Assembly: GCF_036321535.1 (NCBI RefSeq) | Contig: NC_087472.1 | Location: 91,886,001 to 91,950,000, forward strand | Reading direction: 5' to 3' | Length of the DNA stretch: 64,000 nucleotides | Source: Camelus dromedarius | Taxonomy: Eukaryota | Shown: positions 1 to 12,368 of the stretch, one piece after another | Position numbering within the stretch: position 1 is the stretch's first letter | Layout: every line of letters begins with the position of its first letter | Translations under genes and position numbers: made by a program | Notes under the pieces: generated by a model | Told to the model about the DNA's origin: nothing | Databases searched by the model: none | The model's input: the letters and a program-made list of their open reading frames with translations, nothing else

Positions 1-2407
1 TTTCCTCCATTAACACAATTATCATTGTCTCAACCAACACAGTAAGAAAACAGTAGAAATCCAGATAAATTTCCCCCCCAAATTGAGCCCCCTTATCAAC
101 AACTGTCAAACAAAACTATGAATATTTTTATTACTCATGATAAGTTCATTAAAGTAAAAATGAATATGAGTGTTAGGTGAAGAGTTCATGTGGATTATGA
201 GTTGTTTGAGATTCTTAGTTGACTGACAAATTCAAAATTATACCATAAATTCTAAATACAGAACTACATCAGTCATTTTTTTCTATTAGAGCCTTTTTTA
301 TTTTTCCCTGCAGTGATAAGGAAGACTAACCAGTGTACCATAGACCCTTTACATCCATCACTGGACCCTGGGTGACTTGACCCCTTAAAAGAGGACACAT
401 TTATTAAAATGTCCACCAATAGCCTGAAAGAGCAGCTCTTTTCCACCTTTTGGCATCATTTTAGGTATCTATGTTTAGAAATCTTTCTGACTGAGATCAA
501 AAGAATTGAAAAACAAAAGCAATCTCTTGCTATTTGTGTCTTCACAGTTTTATGTAAGTCTGTTGAATCAAAACATTGTGACACCTCATCAGAGAAGTCC
601 TGAAATGTGTCTCAGCCCCATTTTTTTTTAATTGAGAGATTCAGTGTAACTGGATCTCACTCATTAACCAGTGCAACAATAAGCTTCCAATGGCAGATTA
701 TCTTAAAAAGAGTTTTAGTGTTAAAATAAGTATTAAAAGCGCAAATTGGCTCCACTGTTAGTTCTGCTGGTGTGGAAAATTGAAGAAACACAGCTATAAC
801 GTACCTGCAACACTGTTAAGTTATTATGCAAATTGTTCAAATTACAGTTTTTTTCATAACATTAAGTGCTTGGAAAACAGTTGAATGGTATTAACAACAT
901 ATTTGGTTGGGAATTTATAATTTTTCTGTTCTTATAATTTGAGGAGATAATCTGTAGTGATTTTACTCTGATAATTTTTCTGTTTTTATGAGTGGGAATT
1001 GTGAAATTTGATTAGGCTATTTTAATAGCTAAAGAATGAATAATTCCTTCCCTATTTGTGCTGAAGCATTTGTTTTTTTACTATACAAATACAATATAGA
1101 GTATAGAAGAGCAGCAATAATCATTGCAGGAAGGAAATTCCTATTCATTGACTAGGATACATTATATGCAGGGGATTCCAGGCACTCTAATGAGAAACAT
1201 GTTTTCATAATTTGGCTCAGGGAACACTCAACTAAAGATGTAAAATGAGAAGTGTAAATGATCAAAATAGTGAGTGTATAAAAATGAGATTTCAGTAAGG
1301 ACTCCATACGAATTTTATTTCATGGTTTGTATTTTTCATGAAAGGCTTCTGCAACACAATTACAATAGGAACAATAATTTTCAACTTAACTCTCATTTTC
1401 TAGGTCCTCTTAGGTCTACTCCATATTGCATGTAACACTTGCTTTTATTTCTACCTAAATTATACTCTGGGAATGGTGACTATTGAAAAATCATTACAGT
1501 TATTTGAATCAGGAGTTGCAAAATAGGTCTATTCATTATTTTTTAGCACTTAATATACTCTATTGTCATTAAGTTATTAGCAGTGACTCTATAATCATCA
1601 TTCTCAAATATTTTCAATGCATTAATATGAAATTCTGAATAAGGATCAATAATAGTTTTTAACAAAGTTGGTTAGAATTCAATGCCTGAAGGAACCTTCT
1701 ACTTTTCCCCCAAAGTTGTTACTGGTTTCCACCCTCTAATCATCTTCATTGAGAGAAATTTGATATGATCAAAACCTCTGGAGTGGAGAAAGCAGAACGT
1801 GGGGTAAAACATACCCAGAGAGCAGGAGGTTCTACAAAGATTAAAAGGATTGCTGATTGCTTGCTTTCAGTACGCATGCATAGCTAAATAAATTATGGTA
1901 CTTCAGTAGGAAGAAATAACAACGTTCAAAAATTTGTAAAAAAATCTTACAAAGTTCTTGCTTTTGTTGCCAATGTACAAAATTTGTCGTGAGCTACTTA
2001 GTTAAATCTACAACTGAGCTTATCTCTTTTGGATATTTTATTAACTAAATTATGAAGATGCAATTGCTTTACATGCTTAATTTTCCATGTGAAAATTTTC
2101 TTTAGAACTCTGTAACAATGTAACTATCATTTCTTTGAAACTTGCTTAATACAGAATGTCATCATCCATCTTTAATTATGTAAAAATCAATCTTTTAAAA
2201 TGTTAATAAGAATAATTTAAAACAAATATTACTTGTAAAAATCATCTCCTCTAAATAAAAAATGTTTAACAACTCATTTGGCATTGTGCTATCTATTGTG
2301 AATGCTTGAATTTTTGTTGTTATATGTTATGATTTTTTAATTGTTATGTATGCATTTATCAGTTTAGATATTTATTGAGTTACTTCTATGTGCCAGGCAC
2401 TACTCTT

Positions 2408-2865
2408 TTTAAAAAATGTTTAAGTGTAGTTGATTTACAATGCTAGTTTCAGGTGTGCAGCAAAGTGGTTCAGTTATACAGATACATACATATGTTTTTT
2501 CTTTTCAGACTTTTTTTCCAGTTCAGGCTATTGTAAGAAGTTGATTATAGTTCCCTGTGCTGTACAGTAGGCCCTTGTTGTTTATCTATTTTATATATAG
2601 TAATGTCTGTCTGTTAATCCTCAACCCTTAATTTATCCCTCCCCACCCTTTCTCCTTTGGTAACTATAGTTTCTTTTTTATGTCCATGAGTCTGTTTTTG
2701 GTTTGTAAATAGAATTTGTATCATTTTTTAAAGATTCCATTTATAAGTGACATCATATGATACTTGTCTTTCTCTGACTTACTTCACTTAATATGATAAT
2801 CTCTAGGTCCATACATGTTACTGCAAATGGCATTATTTCATTCTTTTTCATGGTTGAGTAATATT

Positions 2866-2920
<55 letters not shown>

Positions 2921-3067
2921 CACATCTTCTTTATTCAGCCATCTATTAATGGATATTTAGGTTGTTTCCATGTCTTAGTTATTATACATAGTGCTGTTAT
3001 GAACACTGGGGTGCATCTATCTTTTTGAATTATAGTTTTCTCTGGATATATGTGCAGGAGTATGATT
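2408..3067 (-). mobile_element. 5'-truncated artiodactyl-type L1 (3' UTR plus end of ORF2) with 11-bp TSD
   Basis: T-rich tail at left; L1 3' motifs (TTCCCTGTGCTGTACAGTAGG, TGACTTACTTCACTTAATATGATAATCTCTAGGTCCAT); GCACTACTCTT at both 2397-2407 and 3068-3078. Confidence 0.92.
2866..2917. repeat. compound microsatellite (TC)10(TG)16 inside the L1
   Basis: read directly. Confidence 0.97.
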
Positions 3068-4327
3068 GCACTACTCTTGGTGCTTGGGATATGTAAAAGA
3101 GCAAAGCAAAACTTTCAACCCCCATAGGACTTATGTCCTAGTGCAGGATAAGGAATGGAAAAAAATTATATAGCATGTTCAAAGGTGATTAGATACATAA
3201 GAAAAGGAGAAAAAGTAGAACCCAGGAATGCTGGCAGTAGGGTAAGTTTGCAGTTCTAAATAGGGGGTCAAAATAGGATGTACTGAAATGTTGACATTTG
3301 GAAAAAGACCAGTGGGAGATGGGTAGGTTTTCAGATGTGCAGCTTTAGAGAACTGTCAGGGCTGAGTATATATACTTAGGAGTCACTGGCATATAGATGG
3401 AATGAAAGCATCAATAGAATGAGAGCAGAGAAGCAGACTTGGGCTTTGCAGTATTAGGAGACCGGGGGAACAGGAGTAACCATCAAAGTAAAGTGAGAGA
3501 ATGATCAGAGAGGTGGGAGAAAAACTCAGAGGTTGTGATGTCCTGGAAGCCAGGGGAAAAGGAGTATTGTGGAGGAGGAGGGGTGAGTGCTATTCTCTGG
3601 CTATGTGAGATGAGGATGGAAGATTGGCCATTAAATTGAACAACATGGGGGCCACTGGAAATCACATGATACATATTATATATCATATATTCCATGTAGG
3701 AAATAAGCTAAAAGGGAATAAAAAATAGGCTTTGTCTACAATGAATAGAATAACCTTGAATTAGGTACTAAATGGGTAGAATACTACTCCTCTCAATCAT
3801 GAGATAAGGTATCATTTTTAATATCCTGAAACATTTCTGAGAAATGTGTTTCTACCAAATTTCTGTAATTAGATGAGTGGCTAAAAATGTTTCTGAAAAA
3901 CACGGGTGACAGCTCAAGAAGGGAAAGATGGTTATTGTCCAAGCTCTCAACCCTATAACCCATTTTGTTTATTTAAATAAAGATAGAGTAATCTCATCAA
4001 AGTTGCAGAGTACAATGTGATTGAGTTCACCATGCTGTATTTAATTAGAAAATGTTAATTAAGCTTCCTTAATTTAATCTTGCTAAGAAATGTCTTCGCA
4101 CACACAAGCCAGTTCTAAAGCTCAAGCATAAAACATGAAGTTTGATGCAGGTCATACCCTGTGTTACTATATTACAGCAGAAGAATGATTCAAATTTTGA
4201 ATTCATAGCAGGCTGTATGGTAAGAGGCTGAAATTTCCTTTTCCCATTGACAAATGGTACTCAAAAAGCTGCTCTGGTCCAATCTCAGAACAGTAGCCTT
4301 AAGGGAATTTGTTGTAAAGTTGTCTAA

Positions 4328-4534
4328 CACTGGAAGTCCGTAGGATTCCACCACGGATATACGGAAAATGGAGTAGACGGAGTACAAATGCAATCTTAAA
4401 TTACGCCAGGACAGTGAAGGATCCAGAGCAAGTCCACTACAATGATTTTTATGCTTTTTATAATGGCCAAATGTACTGCCTTCTCCCTGTTAAAAATGTA
4501 ATAAAATTTTTCTCTTGGGTCTGGACTTTATATG
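4328..4534. mobile_element. possible ancient piggyBac-like MITE
   Basis: CTAA|CACTGGAAGTCC ... GGACTTTATATG|TTAA; 8/12 inverted-end match; 5 CpGs in 4339-4405. Confidence 0.3.
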
Positions 4535-5224
4535 TTAAGTTTCTGCCTGCAGCTAATTTTTGTGACTGAATTGTAAAGCCCTGAAAGCAGTATTTAGGCT
4601 GAAAATGCTGACAGCTCCATAGCTAAAGCAGTGCTAATGGTAAGAACATGAACATAAGGCTGTGCTCGGTAGCCAATGAAATTCTCTGCCCTAATAGGAT
4701 GAACATTATAAAACAAGGAATATAATCAGCTTCATTGTATTAGGAAGACAAGGAACAAGAATGTCATGGTACAAGTTCAGCACATTAGGCTTCTACTAGG
4801 TGCACATGTTTAGCAACATTTAGGAAGGAAATGACAGTCAAAGGATAAATACTTTGAAGAATGGATAAATATGTTGGTCCTATCTTATTGTAAATTTCAT
4901 CTACCTGACTTTCATTTCAACATTCTAGCATCTCCTGTCTATTTAGTTGATTTGCAAGCACTGCAAAATGATCAGTGATTTTTCTTTCCCTCTCATCAGA
5001 TCAGCAGATTCTCCTGAAGAATACCCCACAAACATAAATCTTCAAACCATGGTATTTTCCTTCAGGATCTAGTGATTTTAGTTTCTGAAGTAAAATAGTG
5101 TATGATTCATACAGAATTCATAGCCCCATATGATTGGGACATATTCTTGAATAATGGTAAAAGTTTACATTTATGTCACAGAATTAATATAATTTAATTT
5201 ACATTAATTTAAATTAATGTTCAG

Positions 5225-5605
5225 AACTGTGCTAAGTATTAATGTAGATCAGTGATTAGCAACCTAGGGTCAGTGGGCTAAATCTAGCTTGCTGCCTGTT
5301 TTTTGTAAACAGAGTTTTATTGGAGCCATGCCCATTCATTTACATATTGTCTAGGTCTGCTTTTACACCACAAAGACAGAGTTGAGTAGCTGTGAAAGAC
5401 ACTATATGATATGGTCTGTAAAGTCTAAAGTATTTGCTATCTGGTCTGTAGCGTAAAATGTTTGTTGACCCTTGATGTAAATACTAATATTATCCCAGTT
5501 TATGAAAGAAGAATAATAGCTCCTTGGAGGAATTAAATAAATTGCCCAAGATTACAAGATAGAAAGTAGTAGACAAAAAATTTGAATCTAGGACTAGCTC
5601 CCAAA
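5225..5605 (-). mobile_element. MIR SINE split by MER58
   Basis: ATTATCCCAGTTT...AAATTGCCCAAGATTACA...TTTGAATCTAGG matches the reverse MIR core. Confidence 0.7.
5250..5474 (+). mobile_element. MER58A-like hAT-Charlie MITE with 8-bp TSD
   Basis: GTTTTATTGGA..CCATGCCCATTCATTTACATATTGTCTA..CAGAGTTGAGTAGCTGTG; flanks ATGTAGAT (5242-5249) and ATGTAAAT (5475-5482). Confidence 0.88.
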
Positions 5606-6500
5606 CTTATGATCTTAATTAGCACATGTAATACCTCCCAGTTATGTCTGAAGGTCACCATGTTAGGAGAATACGAGTCTCATAGCATAGACAAAACTTG
5701 TGTTCAGAAAAACAGGATGATCCTAGATATCTTTAGCAACACTTTATTATTCAGCTTCAAAGAAATGTGATGAATATAGACAGACTATTTCTTGGTAAGC
5801 AACTTCAACTGCTTAGAGAAAAGTCCAACTCTCATCAATGCTATATGAATTAAACAATCTACCACCAGTTCTACTACATATAGATATATTAGCAGAGCTC
5901 ATATAATTTTTGCAAGAGTTCTCCTGTATGGAATCACTTATCTCTCACAGTATAGTATGTAGATATTTTAGAGCTGAGATATCTGAAGTTTGGATTACTT
6001 GACTGAGTCACCAAATAGCTGGTGCCAGGGTAAATATGTGAACCTAGATCTCTTCCTACCCAATCACTGCTTTGCATATATAAAAAAAGAATACATTACT
6101 CAAATGTTAAATTCTGATCAATAAACATTGTTGACTCTCTAGTAATATGGACCAGAGATTTCTGAAGGTCAAGAATGAGAATGGAACAGAATCAAAGAGA
6201 AGGAAGAATAGCAAGAGTTTTAGCAAAAGGAAAAAGCAACTGCTAAAAGTCTCATTTTGGTAAAATCAGTGTTCTTATTTTCTTCTAAAAGCCCAACCTG
6301 TGTCTTGACAGAGCAGAATTCCCAGAAGACTCTTTCCTTAGCCCTTAGATGATGACTCTAAAATAAAGCAGCTTCTCTCTGGCTACACACATTCCCTAGG
6401 ACATTCAAAATTCGATCAACTCAGTAGCCTGGCCCCTGACAGCTTCTCTGGGTAGTCTCAGGCTTGTTTGCGATCAATTAACCCTTTTGTTTTGCCTTAG

Positions 6501-6530
6501 GCTGTGGGCTGACATGAGAACTCAACAACT
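6501..6530 (+). other. candidate 30-nt cassette microexon
   Basis: TTAAC branch-like motif, CCTTTTGTTTTGCCTTAG acceptor, ACT|GTAAGT donor; one open frame (LWADMRTQQ). Confidence 0.4.
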
Positions 6531-8249
6531 GTAAGTGAATTTTGGAAGTACCTCAAGAACCCCTCCAGATTCACAGGCCAATGGCTGCAGAGATTATAAC
6601 TGTCTGTGAGACAAGGGGGGTGCGGATGTGAGGAGAATCAAGGGTAGGTGCAAGGGTATGAAAGAAAGGAAGGAAGAAAGGTGAGCTTTCACGTGAAAAT
6701 AGGGGAAATTAAACCAAAACTCATGCAAATATCTATTTTTGAACGGTTGTTGACAAGCACCCCTCAGCTCTGCCATATATAATGACATTAGTCACACAAT
6801 TTTAATAGTAGATTCCAGTACAAAATTAGCCTTTTTATAAAGGTAACTTCCAAACAAGAGCATAAAGGGTTATTGTGGTGTCTCTTTAAAAACTCTTTGA
6901 ACAAAAAGAGACATTTTGTGCTCTTTTATTATTCTTTTCAACCATGTTGAAAGAAAAAAGAATCAGGCACAGAATTTCCTATAAAAAGAGAAATTTGACA
7001 GAAAAACATGTTGATTGAAAGCTTCAATTCATGCTTAAAACTGCTAAATCAACTGATTTTCACCAAGTAAGGACATTCTTTATTCCAGTTAAAGCTTAAC
7101 TTTTGACATAAAGTGGAAACATGAAATATTTAGATGTTGTCATAAAATGAACATAACAATTCGTTCACCTCTCAGGATCCACTCAAATACGTCATTTTAT
7201 TAATCTTGTTTAGTATGAGCTGCATATTGTGCATAGTTCTTCTCGAGACCATGCTTCATGATCATTTTAAAGATTTCTTTTAATGTATCTTACTGGAAAA
7301 AAAAAACCCAACAAACTTGTGCTACATTATACACAAAACACAGGAAGAAACCTTCTCTGGGATAAAAGGGAAACAGTAATTATACAGGATATTTAATTTT
7401 CTTCTGCTGAAATTCTAACATTAAGAAAAGGTAGCTATACTCTGAAATTAAAGTATAGAGCCAACAGATATGTCTACAAGGGCATGCATGCATGCGTTCA
7501 TCTTTTTTTATATGTACACACATGCGTGCACATGTGGTATCATGTCATGCTCTCATTTTTAAGGGCTTAGAGGATGAATTAAGAAAAGCAAGAGAAATAT
7601 TAATAGTACCTGTCTCTCTATCCACTCTATTATGAAATGTATGGCTAGAATACTCGTGAGCTGATGGAGGTTTGAAAACTTCATTGTCGAAATAACTTAG
7701 TTTTTAAAATTTATTACAGGCTTAGCAATCATTACAGCTTTACAACTGAATGGAATAAAGTGAGCTCTTTGAAGAGGCAAATTATACTACAAAATGAAAC
7801 TAAGAATGATGTACTAATCTCATGTGTAAAGAGAGGCTCTTAGGCACGAAAGCATTAATTTTATATATTTTTAACACTTAAAGCACTTGCCGTCTTGGTT
7901 TCTAAGCTTGGCAGGAAGTAGTATAACGCTCACTGTATACAAATAGTGTTACTGCTCCCAGAAAAATGCTGTATAAAAGTAATTATTAATGATTTGGGTC
8001 TTTGTATTAACCAAAAGCTATAAGAGAATGACTCAAACAAAAAAAAAGCACCTTGACCATTTCTAAATAACAATAAACTTACTTCACAATATTTTAAAAA
8101 ATGAAATAGCCATTTTCAAATAACAAAAGAAATATATTCTTATTCTGAAGTCCCTCCATGCAGATGATTATTTTGGTGAATATCCTTCTAGGCATCTCTT
8201 TATGGGTACAGATTCATAAGAAACAATACAATGTTTTTTAATCTTTAAA

Positions 8250-8830
8250 ATTTTTCTTTTTAAATTCTCATGCAATGAAATTGACTTGTTTCCTTTTGGT
8301 GTACAGTTCTATACCTATTAACACATATGCAGATACATACATGTAACCACCAGCACAATTAGGTTACGGAACAGTTTCATCACTCCCCAAATCTCCCTTG
8401 TACTACTCTTTTTAGGTGCCACTCTTCCTTCACTCCTAATCCCAGGCAACCACTCTGTTCTTTTCTTATTATATAGTTTTGTCTTTTCCAGAATGTCATA
8501 TAAATGGAAGCGTATAGTATGTGATCTTTTAAGACTGGATTCTTTCACTCAGTAATAATGTCTGTGACATCCATTCAAGTTACTCCTTGTTACAGTTGTA
8601 TACTATTCTACTGTATGAATGTACCACTGTTTACTTATCCAATCACCACATGAAGTAAATTTAGGTTGCTTCCAGCTTTTGGCTATTATGAATAATGCCA
8701 CTATAAATGTTTGTGCAGAGGTTTTCATGTGAACATAAGTTTTCACTATTCTATGGTGAATATTCTGGAGTGAGACTGCTACGTCAGTGAGTGTATGTTT
8801 AACCGTATAAGAGAGACAATATGACATTTT
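8250..8830 (-). mobile_element. ancient L1M (L1MB/MC/ME-type) ORF2 C-terminus and 3' UTR remnant
   Basis: ORF 8603-8863 contains KTYVHMKTSAQTFIVALFIIAKSWKQPK...WYIHTVE, typical of the L1 ORF2 C-terminus. Confidence 0.9.
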
Positions 8831-9619
8831 AAACATTAAATCAAAGTCCTGATATAATACCAAAAGGGCAACAAAAGTCCTCTCCCGTAATTGATATGTT
8901 TTAATGCCATTTCTGAGAAGTGAAACTCTAGAAAGTTACAGAAAAACAGCACAGCTGCCTTTCATTCAGAAAGAGAAATATATTTTTCCTCATTATTTAG
9001 CTAATAAAAAGGATTATGATTTTAGATAACACAAAACCATGGATGGTTATTTTAGAGTTCTCATCATGGTCACAAAGTCATCTGAAATCACCTACGACCT
9101 CATTAGAACCTGAAAAGCTTAAGACTGGACTGGGAAAGAGAGGGTGGATTCAGACAGTTTGCCCCATTTTTATTCATATCAATACCTCAAATTCTGTTAT
9201 TGTATCAACTGCAAAAGTGAAGTTACAAGAACAAACATAATTCTCTTAAATGCATATAAACATGGTAGGAGAACTGAAGGGTAGTTCCTAGAAAAGAAAC
9301 AAAGGTCAGGAAAAATGGGAAGGAGAGCTCCCTGAGTTGTGTCTGGGAAGCAACAGAGTGTGAAAGCACTAGAGAAATCACAGAGAAATGGCTGTCCCAA
9401 TTTTCTAGTTAGTTTGAGCTTAGGGTTGTATAGGGCCCAATATGAGATAGGGCATCCATGAGACACCTTGATCCACACCTTCCAAGAGCTAGGGCCGTAT
9501 CTTTCAGTACCGTATCTTCCTATGGTTATTACTCCCCAAGAAAAATTTTCATTCCTGTTACGTGGCTTGATTGATGAAGGTAATTCTGACAGAGAAACTA
9601 AGGAAACATTTAAGTTTTG

Positions 9620-9750
9620 TTCATTAGTTTATTTCATGAAAATTTACTAATATCTCACAATGTGCCAGGTACTCCCCTAGGCACTGTAGATACACTGGAT
9701 CAAAAATAAATAAAAAGGCCTGTCCTCTTGCATTTGTCATTCTCATATAA
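9620..9750 (-). mobile_element. L2 3' fragment
   Basis: ATGTGCCAGGTACT..CTAGGCACTGTAGATACA. Confidence 0.7.
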
Positions 9751-11570
9751 GTCAAAGTGATTCAGCGGTAGACAACTGTGATTTTTCCATGATGGTTTTG
9801 GTCTAAGCCTTAAACCAAACTCTATGGTGTAGAAACTTATTCACAAATTAGTAAAACAGTTTTCACTTCTGTTTAAATAATTTTGAAAATCAGAGCTAAC
9901 CTGGACTCATTTTAGATATTTATCACTGCAAGAACTCACCAGTTAGCTTACATCTTACTCATTTTATGGGTTAATGAATCAGATTTCTGAGATAAGAAAA
10001 TGTGTGTGTGTGAACATGCAAACACCTGTTTATCTGTATCTAATGTCTTAGTGATTATATAGTGATTATGTCATTTCTAGGTTAACATAATAATTTGTTA
10101 ATTACTCTTTTCAGTAGAGTGTGATTGAAAATGTAGTAATTAAAAAGATTCACTTCTGTGGTTTTTGTATTTGTATTTCTATTTTGACTCTTCTACAGAA
10201 TAGTTCATACTGATGCTAATTTGTCCATAATTTGTCATCTTTCCTAGGGATAAAAAAGATGGGATGCTGATCCTTCAGCAATGCTGCTTGCCAAGTGGTG
10301 GTTCTATGCTGTTAGCAGTACAGCCAGGGCTAATTTCAGATTCTCAATTTAAAAAAGCATGTATAGAAGTCAATCTCCACTCATTTTCCCAAATGAAGGA
10401 TGAAAGGCAGATGCAGGCAATACCTGCAGTCTATATGCAGTTCCAATCAAGTGAATAGAAATTTGAAGAGGAGAATATATGCATGGCTGTACCTGTGGCA
10501 TTGATTTGAAGATCTGCTTTGCTTCTGGAATATAATAACACCAATCAAACAACAAACATACAAAACCAAACCCTTGACTATATAAAGCCAAAAAGTATAG
10601 CGCTATGGATAGCACAGATGTTAGAAACCTTCCAGCATTATCTGAGAACAAAGCTGATGTTATGGTTGTTGAAATGATTAAAAGTCTCCCTCTGTGGTGA
10701 TCTGGAAAGGCATCTGAGGTGCACGGAGCAGGCTGTTCTGTGATTTGCAAAAAAGATGGGTGTGCAATTATTTACTATGGTAATCTGTGGACTGCGATCT
10801 CTTTGGGAATTAAATCACATTTATTTTTAACAAGAAGTAAGGGGCTTTTTCTTCTTACCTTAACCACACTGATAGAAGCTTAAGTTTTTCTGATTAGCTA
10901 CCCATTTCCTGTGCCAAATTTGTTGAGGTTTCCTGCTATTTGGCAAAACATTAGAAGGCAAAGATGGGCCTTGTTTATTTCTGGGTCACTCTGTCTAGTA
11001 CCTTGTACTGTTCACGGAGGATACTAAAACATATTTGGGCTGATCTATTTAGGAGTTTGTTAGTGGAGGATTCTGATTTAGGAATCAGGAGTCAAAATAT
11101 GAAGACCATTTATCATGAGTTGCCAGCCTACTTAGGTTCTCTGTGCTCTATTTATTTTATTGGTCTGTTTTATCCTATTTACTCTCCTTTGCTGCCATTT
11201 TCCAGGGCTGTTTGCTCTTCTCTCTCCTATTTTCTCCTTCCTGAAAGCAAAAGTAAGGACTACAGGAGGCTAAAACCCTATTTCTTCTCCTTGGAGACGC
11301 TTCTCTGTGCAGCTTACTCCATAGGTACAGTCTTTTCCTTTTTTGAGACTGGATCCTTGGGATCATGTAAGAGGAGCCCCACCCTGAGGTTGGGCTATTG
11401 TTGCTGTTAATGATAAAGCATATTGGTGTTCATTTCCTGAACTATACAGAAGAATATACTTTTTGGGAAATAAACTATATCTCTATATGAGCCTAAAGAA
11501 ACTTTAGACTCTGCCATCAGATCTCCCTCAAAGTTTTAAAGTCTTCCTTCTGAATAGTAGTGATAACAAA

Positions 11571-11712
11571 GGGGAGGGTATAACTCAAGTGGTAGAGTGC
11601 ATGCCTAGCATGCACGAGGTCCTGGGTTCAATCCCCAGTACCTCCATGAAAAAAATAAATAAGTAAACCTAATTACCTCCCCCTGCAAACAAAAACAAAA
11701 CAAACTAACAAA
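11571..11712 (+). mobile_element. full-length tRNA-derived camelid SINE (Vic-1 type) with 13-bp TSD
   Basis: GGGGAGGGTATAACTCAAGTGGTAGAG head; A-box-like 11581-11592; B-box GGTTCAATCCC 11625-11635; A-rich tail; TAGTGATAACAAA at 11558-11570 and 11713-11725. Confidence 0.92.
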
Positions 11713-11734
11713 TAGTGATAACAAACAAGAGGAA

Positions 11735-11915
11735 AGATAACAAATATTTGGGGGCCTACTACTTGCCTACTATATTGTCACTTAATGTTCACAAGAATAC
11801 TATGATATATATTATCATTCACATTTTGATCATCAAAGTCATTTAACTTGTCCAAGTTACACAGTCACATAGCCAAAGAGGACAGAACCAGCTCTGAACC
11901 AGGGTTGGTCACCAT
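11735..11915 (-). mobile_element. MIR SINE
   Basis: TAACTTGTCCAAGTTACACAG reverse MIR core. Confidence 0.65.
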
Positions 11916-12195
11916 CTGCTTTCTTTATCATTCCCCTCTCCCTTGAGCTAATAAAAGTATCAGCTCATACTCATGCTATCTGATCACCAAACATTTGCTT
12001 CAACACCTTCTCCACTACCCCTTCCTGCCACCCCCTTTTTAATGGGGATAAGGGATTTAGGGGGGACTAAACAACTGAAATGTACAGATTTGGGCTCAGG
12101 AATGGAAATACGGGGTTTTTCTAGAGGGCATGCTGTGAATGCCTCTTATAGAACTCTAGGTTGTTCCAAATTGGATATCTAATGGCTCTGAGGGA

Positions 12196-12368
12196 CAATG
12201 GTTCTCCATCTTTAGTGTACATGAAAATTATCAGAGCAGATTCCCTTTCTTGGCCTCCTTCTCAAAGATGTTTGTTTGGTACGTCTATATCACGCTTGGG
12301 AATGAACTTGGTAACAAGAAACTCAGGGGAGCTGATGAAGGTGGTCCTCAGATCATTCGATAACTAAG
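12196..12368. mobile_element. MER5-family hAT MITE, degenerate
   Basis: CAATGGTTCTC...TAACAAG..CTCAGGGGAGCTGATGAAGGTGGTCCTCAGATCA. Confidence 0.6.

Larger units (their letters stand above)
2365..3660 (-). mobile_element. L2 LINE remnant, interrupted by an L1 at 2408-3067
   Basis: TTTATTGAG...TATGTGCCAGGCACT is the reverse complement of the L2 3' end; L2-like purine-rich sequence resumes after 3078. Confidence 0.75.

Noticed and set aside
314..371. Exon after strong acceptor TTTTTCCCTGCAG
   Set aside because: Donor TGG|GTGACT is weak, 58 nt shifts frame, and the peptide is unrecognised
5000..5051. Exon after pyrimidine tract with tandem acceptors
   Set aside because: Donor ATG|GTATTT is mediocre and none of the lengths (52, 47, 44 nt) keeps frame
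5201..5220. Perfect 20-bp palindrome ACATTAATTTAAATTAATGT
   Set aside because: Almost all A/T in a low-complexity patch
7483..7494. Tandem TGCATG RBFOX sites regulating the 6501 candidate
   Set aside because: About 1 kb away and part of a simple (CATG)n/RY tract
10964..11410. Longest ORF (148 aa, hydrophobic)
   Set aside because: Leu/Ser/Phe bias reflects T-rich DNA; no recognisable domain
11571..11645. tRNA gene
   Set aside because: Continues into a SINE body and A-rich tail with a TSD, and a second copy lies at 56964-57036
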